Positions 58,700-64,000 of a stretch of DNA of 64,000 nucleotides are shown here, one piece after another. The notes under the pieces are model-generated. The model was not told the origin of the DNA. It saw only the letters and a program-made list of their open reading frames with translations, and made no database searches. This DNA comes from Bacillota bacterium (GTDB lineage Bacteria; Bacillota_I; Bacilli_A; RF39; UBA660). The stretch covers positions 107,008 to 171,007 of the forward strand of contig JAETPN010000001.1 in NCBI GenBank assembly GCA_021771185.1. The letters are read 5' to 3'. Both the position numbers and the translations under genes were made by a program. Numbering within the stretch: the first letter of the stretch is position 1; each line of letters starts with the position of its first letter.

Positions 58700-59308
58700 T
58701 TATTCTTCTTCTGTTTCTTTTGGAAACAATAAATGACGATTTAAGTAATAATATTGTATACCAGAAATTACAGATAATACAGCTGCAATAACTAATAAGA
58801 AATCCGATACTTTTAAATTCCATAATTCAAAAGGTAAATTATAGAATAATGTTAATATGATTCCAACCATTAAACAAGCCGTTTTCCATTTTCCTGATTT
58901 TATAGCAGCAACTACTTCACCTTTACTTGCAGCCACCATTTTAATAGAATTTACAATACTATCGCGAACAATGACAACCACGGTAATAATTGGATGAATA
59001 AATCCACTAGCACATAAAATAATCAAAACAGAATTGACTAAGATTTTATCAGCAATGGCATCAATTAGTTTTCCAAAATCTGTAATCATGTTATATTTAC
59101 GAGCCACATATCCATCAACAAAATCAGTTAATGACGCAATAATAAATAATACTCCAGCGATTAAATATTTAATATTAATCACCATAGCTTCATTAACAAA
59201 GATCGTAGGCATCTCAATCCCTACTGCATCAAATGGAAATAATAATAAAATGATAATAATAAATGCCATCACAATTCTAGACATTGTTAGTTTATTTGGT
59301 AAATTCAT
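58700..59308 (-). CDS. pgsA: CDP-diacylglycerol--glycerol-3-phosphate 3-phosphatidyltransferase
   Basis: MNLPNKLT, TDFVDGYVARKY...FGKLIDAIADK. Confidence 0.95.
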   Translation of the reverse strand: MNLPNKLTMSRIVMAFIIIILLLFPFDAVGIEMPTIFVNEAMVINIKYLIAGVLFIIASLTDFVDGYVARKYNMITDFGKLIDAIADKILVNSVLIILCASGFIHPIITVVVIVRDSIVNSIKMVAASKGEVVAAIKSGKWKTACLMVGIILTLFYNLPFELWNLKVSDFLLVIAAVLSVISGIQYYYLNRHLLFPKETEEE

Positions 59309-59316
59309 ACATCCTC

Positions 59317-59802
59317 CTATTTAATAACATTTGTTTTTGGTTTTGAATTTGGAACAAAATCATCATGATTGATCAAGGATACAAAACAATATCCAATCAC
59401 CAATAATAATAAAATAATAATTCCATAAGTAACAAAAGGCGATACCATAAAAGTTCTTTTTCTCTCTAATGTATATGGGGAGACAATCTTTTTAGAATTT
59501 GCCTTTTCTTTTTTCTTTAATTTTTTCTTTGCTTTTTTTATATCATTAATGGAAATTTTTGAAGTATAGTCAAATAAGTATTCGTTAAATTCATCCACCA
59601 TATCTTCATAATCTAATCCTAAATATTTAGAATAGTCACGAATAAAGTATTTTAAATAAAAGATATCTTTAAAACCATCAACGTTTCCATCTTCTAAATT
59701 TTCAATTTGCTTTGGACGCATTTTCAAGTCTTCTGCGGCCTCTTCAATAGATACACCAATACTTTCTCTGGTTTCTTTTAACTTTTCACCAATTTCTTTC
59801 AA
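59317..59802 (-). CDS. RodZ/YmfM-like HTH membrane protein
   Basis: EIGEKLKETRE...FIRDYSKYLGLD + TM; upstream of pgsA. Confidence 0.85.
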   Translation of the reverse strand: MKEIGEKLKETRESIGVSIEEAAEDLKMRPKQIENLEDGNVDGFKDIFYLKYFIRDYSKYLGLDYEDMVDEFNEYLFDYTSKISINDIKKAKKKLKKKEKANSKKIVSPYTLERKRTFMVSPFVTYGIIILLLLVIGYCFVSLINHDDFVPNSKPKTNVIK

Positions 59803-59829
59803 ATTTTCACCACCTTTGAATAAAAAAAA

Positions 59830-60180
59830 TAATTTATTTTATAAGCCATGTTCTGTTCCTATTTCTAGGCGACAAACATTTATCTATCGTTACCGATCCC
59901 AGTAGAAATTCGCTTCTCCCTACTTAGGTTCCCCTACCAAATTTGGGTTTCTCGCTCATGGGGTTTACCACGTTCCACTCTTATCTTTCAATAAGCATCG
60001 TCACTATGGCACTTTTATACCTAGAACCATATCCGAAGACTTAGGTTCATCGGAGCCGTTAGCAAGCGCTACTATAGGTTATTTTTTCCCTATACATGAA
60101 CACTACAATCATCACAGATTGTGCGAGCATGGACTTTCCTCTACATCCTAAAGAATGCAGCGTTTGTCAAAATAAATTAC
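59830..60180 (-). ncRNA. rnpB: RNase P RNA, type B
   Basis: GAGGAAAGTCCATGCTCGC, AAGTGCCATAG, GGTAAACCCC..GAGCGAGAAAC, ACAGAACATGGCTTAT; follows gpsB. Confidence 0.95.
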
Positions 60181-60182
60181 TT

Positions 60183-60506
60183 TTATTCTTTCCCGTAAAT
60201 AAGTTTTTCCAAATTTGAAATACGACGTAGTAAATCAGCATTCGTCACTTCACTATTTCCAGATTCACTAAGAACATCTAGTTTTGTACGTAAAGAACGA
60301 ATTTCTTTTTTTAACGCAATATTTTCTTCGATTAATTCTTTTTTATCATGGTCTAGTTCTTTCATAATAGAGTCCATTTCCTCATAATCACGAATGACAA
60401 TATCCAAATATTTATCCACTTCTTGTGGACGATAACCACGTGTATCAATTTTAAATTCTTTTTCGAGAATATCTTTTGGAGATAACATTAATCTTTCCTG
60501 ATACAT
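60183..60506 (-). CDS. gpsB: Cell division regulator GpsB (DivIVA domain)
   Basis: ILEKEFKIDTRGYRPQEVDKYLD, TNADLLRRISNLEKLIYG. Confidence 0.9.
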   Translation of the reverse strand: MYQERLMLSPKDILEKEFKIDTRGYRPQEVDKYLDIVIRDYEEMDSIMKELDHDKKELIEENIALKKEIRSLRTKLDVLSESGNSEVTNADLLRRISNLEKLIYGKE

Positions 60507-60595
60507 AATACTCCCTCCCCTTTATTCGAATACACTTATATTTTCTCAAAAAAAATTTATTTTGTCAATCTATGTCTAAGGATATTTTGTGATCT

Positions 60596-61519
60596 TTATC
60601 CTTTATATTGTCCTCCATTGATATGAAATACCTGACCTGTGGTATAACTTGCATCATCACTTGCTAAATAAACAAAAATTGGTGCAATTTCAAAGGTCTC
60701 TCCAGCACGCTTCATTGGACTATCAGAACCTAGAGTTGGAATATAAGCTGCATCCCAGCAAGCTGGTTGTAGAGGTGTCCAAAAAACACCAGGAGCTACC
60801 GCATTTACACGAATATTTTGATCAGCCAAATTTGTTGCCAAGGATCTTGTAAAACCTACAATCGCGCCTTTCGTTGTTACATAATCAATGAGTTCTGGCT
60901 CTCCTATAAATGCTGTAATAGAAGTTACATTAATAATCGATGCTCCACTACATAAATAAGGGAGAACTTCTCTTGTTAAATAAAACATTCCATATACATT
61001 CGTTTTCATGGTTTGATCAAATTGATTATCACTAATATCTAACAAACTATGTTGTTGATATTGAACTCCAGCATTATTAATTAAAATGTCAATTTTACCA
61101 AACATTTGCAATGTTTTTTCAACAATTGTTTTAGAAAACATAGGATCCTTAAGATCCCCTCGGATTAACAAACAACATGAGCCAAAATTCTCAACATAAT
61201 TTTTTGTGTATTCTGCATCAATATCTTCATCATAATATGGAATAACGATATGAGCTCCTTCTTTCGCAAAAGCAACTGCAACAGCCCTTCCAATCCCAGA
61301 ATCTCCTCCAGTAATAATAGCGACTTTTCCTTTTAATTTATCACTAGCTCTATATTCTGGATTATCAAACACAGGTTTTGGATTCATTAAATACTCCATT
61401 CCTGGTTGACAATCTTGATGTTGGGGAGGAAACTTCACTTGAAAATCTTTACACTTCCATCCCATTCCACATTCATCTACATATTTAAGACCATAATCAT
61501 TGTTTAAATTGTTTTTCAT
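60596..61519 (-). CDS. SDR oxidoreductase (YhdF/YdaD-like)
   Basis: PPQHQ..QPG, TGGDSGIGRA, NNAG, YVTTK. Confidence 0.92.
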   Translation of the reverse strand: MKNNLNNDYGLKYVDECGMGWKCKDFQVKFPPQHQDCQPGMEYLMNPKPVFDNPEYRASDKLKGKVAIITGGDSGIGRAVAVAFAKEGAHIVIPYYDEDIDAEYTKNYVENFGSCCLLIRGDLKDPMFSKTIVEKTLQMFGKIDILINNAGVQYQQHSLLDISDNQFDQTMKTNVYGMFYLTREVLPYLCSGASIINVTSITAFIGEPELIDYVTTKGAIVGFTRSLATNLADQNIRVNAVAPGVFWTPLQPACWDAAYIPTLGSDSPMKRAGETFEIAPIFVYLASDDASYTTGQVFHINGGQYKG

Positions 61520-61573
61520 AACGCCACCTTTCTCTTTATTTTATTCAATTATTAAAAAAAAAGCCCATAGGCT

Positions 61574-61693
61574 TTATATTAAAATCTCAATCTCTTCTTG
61601 TTCTTCAGTACAGAATAAAGTCATTAATTTGATATAATTCAAGTCTTCCAACATTTGTGAAAAAATCACATCTACATGATCTCTTAGATCCAC
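61574..61693 (-). CDS. Small acidic protein (39 aa, not in ORF track)
   Basis: GAGGTG RBS, GTG start, MDLRDHVDVIFSQMLEDLNYIKLMTLFCTEEQEEIEILI, followed by terminator. Confidence 0.55.
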   Translation of the reverse strand: MDLRDHVDVIFSQMLEDLNYIKLMTLFCTEEQEEIEILI

Positions 61694-61765
61694 TAGAATC
61701 ACCTCTAGTGTAACTATAACAACTTTTATTCTATTTGTCCCTCTCTTCGACAAAACTAGCTAAAA

Positions 61766-62542
61766 TTATCCAAAAATCATACTAACAAGAAAAACTAAAG
61801 CACCTAACACGACACCCATGATGGCATTTTTTTTATTTTTAGCTTCCATGATATGTGGTAATAATTCAAACAAAATAATATAAATAAGCATACCACTTGT
61901 GATACTTAAAAGAATACCTAACACACTATTATTTAATAATTCTTCCCTAAAAACAAACATAAGAAGTCCACCTACGAATGTAGATAATGCAATAGTTAAA
62001 AGTAAAAACCATGTTTTTTTCTTGTCTTTACTTGTTTGATATAACGTAGACGTAATCGCCATTCCTAAAGGAATATTATGTAGTCCTACACCTAATGACA
62101 TAAGTAATCCCATGGAAGTAGAACTAGATACTGCGCCATAAACGGCCATACCTTCAATCACATTATGAAGAATAATCGCAATACTTGATATATAACCAAT
62201 ATGACATAAATTTTCTTGTACATCTTTATCCTCATGATCTTCATGCTCATGGTGTTCATGATCTGGAATAAATAAATCTAGAAGTTTTAACATTGCCACG
62301 CCGAAAATCATTCCTGCCATTAAAATAAAATATCGATTCTGTCCTTTATATTGTTCTCCTAATAATTCCATAGCTTCTGGAATCAACTCCATCACTAATA
62401 AAAAAGACATCACACCTAGTGCTAAACCGATGGAAAATTCTATTAATTTATTACTATTTTTTAAAACAAAAACAAGTGCAGCTCCCACTAAGATAAATGC
62501 ACCTAATCCTAAAGTAAATCCTAGTCCCAACATACTATTCAT
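61766..62542 (-). CDS. ZIP family (ZupT-like) metal transporter
   Basis: His-rich loop HEHHEHEDHED, LHNVIEG, LHNIPLG, ELLP. Confidence 0.92.
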   Translation of the reverse strand: MNSMLGLGFTLGLGAFILVGAALVFVLKNSNKLIEFSIGLALGVMSFLLVMELIPEAMELLGEQYKGQNRYFILMAGMIFGVAMLKLLDLFIPDHEHHEHEDHEDKDVQENLCHIGYISSIAIILHNVIEGMAVYGAVSSSTSMGLLMSLGVGLHNIPLGMAITSTLYQTSKDKKKTWFLLLTIALSTFVGGLLMFVFREELLNNSVLGILLSITSGMLIYIILFELLPHIMEAKNKKNAIMGVVLGALVFLVSMIFG

Positions 62543-62644
62543 AAGATCCCTCTTTCTATTCATATTCTACCATACTTCCTGTTAAATGTAAATTTGACAT
62601 TTTTCTAAAAATAGGTATAATAACCACAAAAAGGAGATGGGGTT

Positions 62645-63667
62645 ATGAAGAAATTTCATACTACAAGCTATAAATTATATCAACCAAAAAAAATAGTAAA
62701 AAGTGATTTTAAGGTTAAAATTATTAGTGATTTACACTTTAGTTATATGATTTCAGATGAAAAACTACAATTAATTATAAATCAGATAGAAAAGGAACAT
62801 CCAAACTATATTCTCTTTCCTGGAGACCTTATTGATTCTACGGATATGGTCAAAACAAAAAAAGAACGTTTACGTTTTCTTACCTTTATAGAATCTCTTG
62901 GAAACATTGCTCCTACTTTCATTTCATTAGGAAGTCACGATTACTATAAGAAATCATTCGATAAAAATAAAAAAGGAAAAGTTGTTGTTCACTGGACTTA
63001 TTATATGGATCAACAACTTTGGGATAAAATAAACCATCTAAAACAAGTTTATGTTTTAGATAATAAATTTTACGAAGATGAAAAAGTTCAAATTGTAGGA
63101 ATTACACAACCTTATGATTCTTATCATCCAACTCAAAAATATATGCCAACAACTAAATTTGAAAAAAGATTATATAAGGTGTCTAATTCTTTATTTCATT
63201 TATGTTATCCAACTCCAGAAGAACCAAAATCCATGATTCATGATTTAAATATAAATAAAAATATATTAAAAAATTTAAATCCAAATAAAGTAAAATTAGC
63301 CTTATTTCATTCGCCTGTTTTATTAGAAAATCCAGAAGTTGCATCTTATTTTGAAGAATTTGATTATACCATTCATGGGCATATGCATAATGGTTGTATT
63401 CCACCTATTATGTACGAGATGTTTCGCTCTACTCGTGGGCTTATTGCACCAAATAAAAAATTCTTTCCAAAGAATGAACGAAATACACTTAAAAAGAAAC
63501 AAGATAAAATGATTGTCAATGGCCCTTTAACCGTATTTCAAGAATGTACTGGATTTATGCAGAAATTTAATCTCTTATTTCCAACTTATACAAGTACTAT
63601 TGAATTTACTAATGACGAGAAATATAATACAGAAAAAGTTCACGTCAAAAGAAAATATCACAAATAA
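62645..63667 (+). CDS. Calcineurin-like metallophosphoesterase
   Basis: SDLH, GDLID, GSHD, HSP, GHMHNG. Confidence 0.9.
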   Translation: MKKFHTTSYKLYQPKKIVKSDFKVKIISDLHFSYMISDEKLQLIINQIEKEHPNYILFPGDLIDSTDMVKTKKERLRFLTFIESLGNIAPTFISLGSHDYYKKSFDKNKKGKVVVHWTYYMDQQLWDKINHLKQVYVLDNKFYEDEKVQIVGITQPYDSYHPTQKYMPTTKFEKRLYKVSNSLFHLCYPTPEEPKSMIHDLNINKNILKNLNPNKVKLALFHSPVLLENPEVASYFEEFDYTIHGHMHNGCIPPIMYEMFRSTRGLIAPNKKFFPKNERNTLKKKQDKMIVNGPLTVFQECTGFMQKFNLLFPTYTSTIEFTNDEKYNTEKVHVKRKYHK

Positions 63668-63934
63668 ACATCCTAGTGATGTTTTTTTCATGCCAATTTA
63701 TCTTATTTCAATTATTTTATATCCTTTATATAAATCTCATACCTTTTCGAAATTTCACATTGTTTTCCTTATCTTTATTTTGAAAATTCAAATAAATTCA
63801 TCCATAAAGCGATTAAATAACTGCTTCTTTTTATAAAAAAACTAGAAAGTTTATATAGTAAATTCTTAAGAATCATATAGGAAATTTTGTTGTTTTATAG
63901 TATAATTAATTAATAAGAAAGGATGAGCCTATTT

Positions 63935-64000
63935 ATGAAAAATATTGCTATATTTGGTACTTCAAGATCTGGAAAGTCTACCCTTTCTAAAATGATTTAT
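63935..64000 (+). CDS. P-loop NTPase/kinase, 5' partial (runs off the window)
   Basis: AAAGGA RBS; MKNIAIFGTSRSGKSTLSKM Walker A. Confidence 0.7.
   Translation, partial: MKNIAIFGTSRSGKSTLSKMIY

Overview
AT-rich chromosomal segment of a low-GC Bacillota genome using the standard genetic code. Gene content and style suggest an uncultured gut Bacilli lineage such as RF39 (inference). The backbone is housekeeping genes, mostly on the minus strand: gatCAB, topA, rnhB, T-box-leuS, rnc, yidD, rpmB, tex, dinB, rsmD, rpoZ, pdp, sufU/sufB, uvsE, recA, pgsA, gpsB-rnpB, tRNA-Gly(TCC) and tRNA-Ser(GCT). Several sporulation-type genes are also present (spoVS, ylbD/ylbE-like, DUF1540). Accessory highlights: (1) a compact double-glycine peptide export locus at 27.5-30.4 kb, with a C39 peptidase ABC exporter, an accessory protein, two Gly-Gly leader peptides and a candidate immunity peptide; two of these small ORFs are missing from the ORF track. 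(2) Two paralogous TasA/camelysin-like + BspA-LRR surface proteins, one with a G9 tract inside its -35/-10 spacer (likely phase variation). (3) Two related divergent XRE regulator pairs, one with a clear three-operator switch. (4) A disrupted Rpn nuclease gene that keeps an internally initiated RpnS-like ORF. (5) Several enzymes or domains that have lost canonical catalytic or ligand residues. (6) A very AT-rich accessory region at 48-54.9 kb beside tRNA-Gly, with IS and serine-recombinase remnants. All family assignments come from motif recognition by eye; no database searches were run. Start codons were adjusted to the best RBS where evident.
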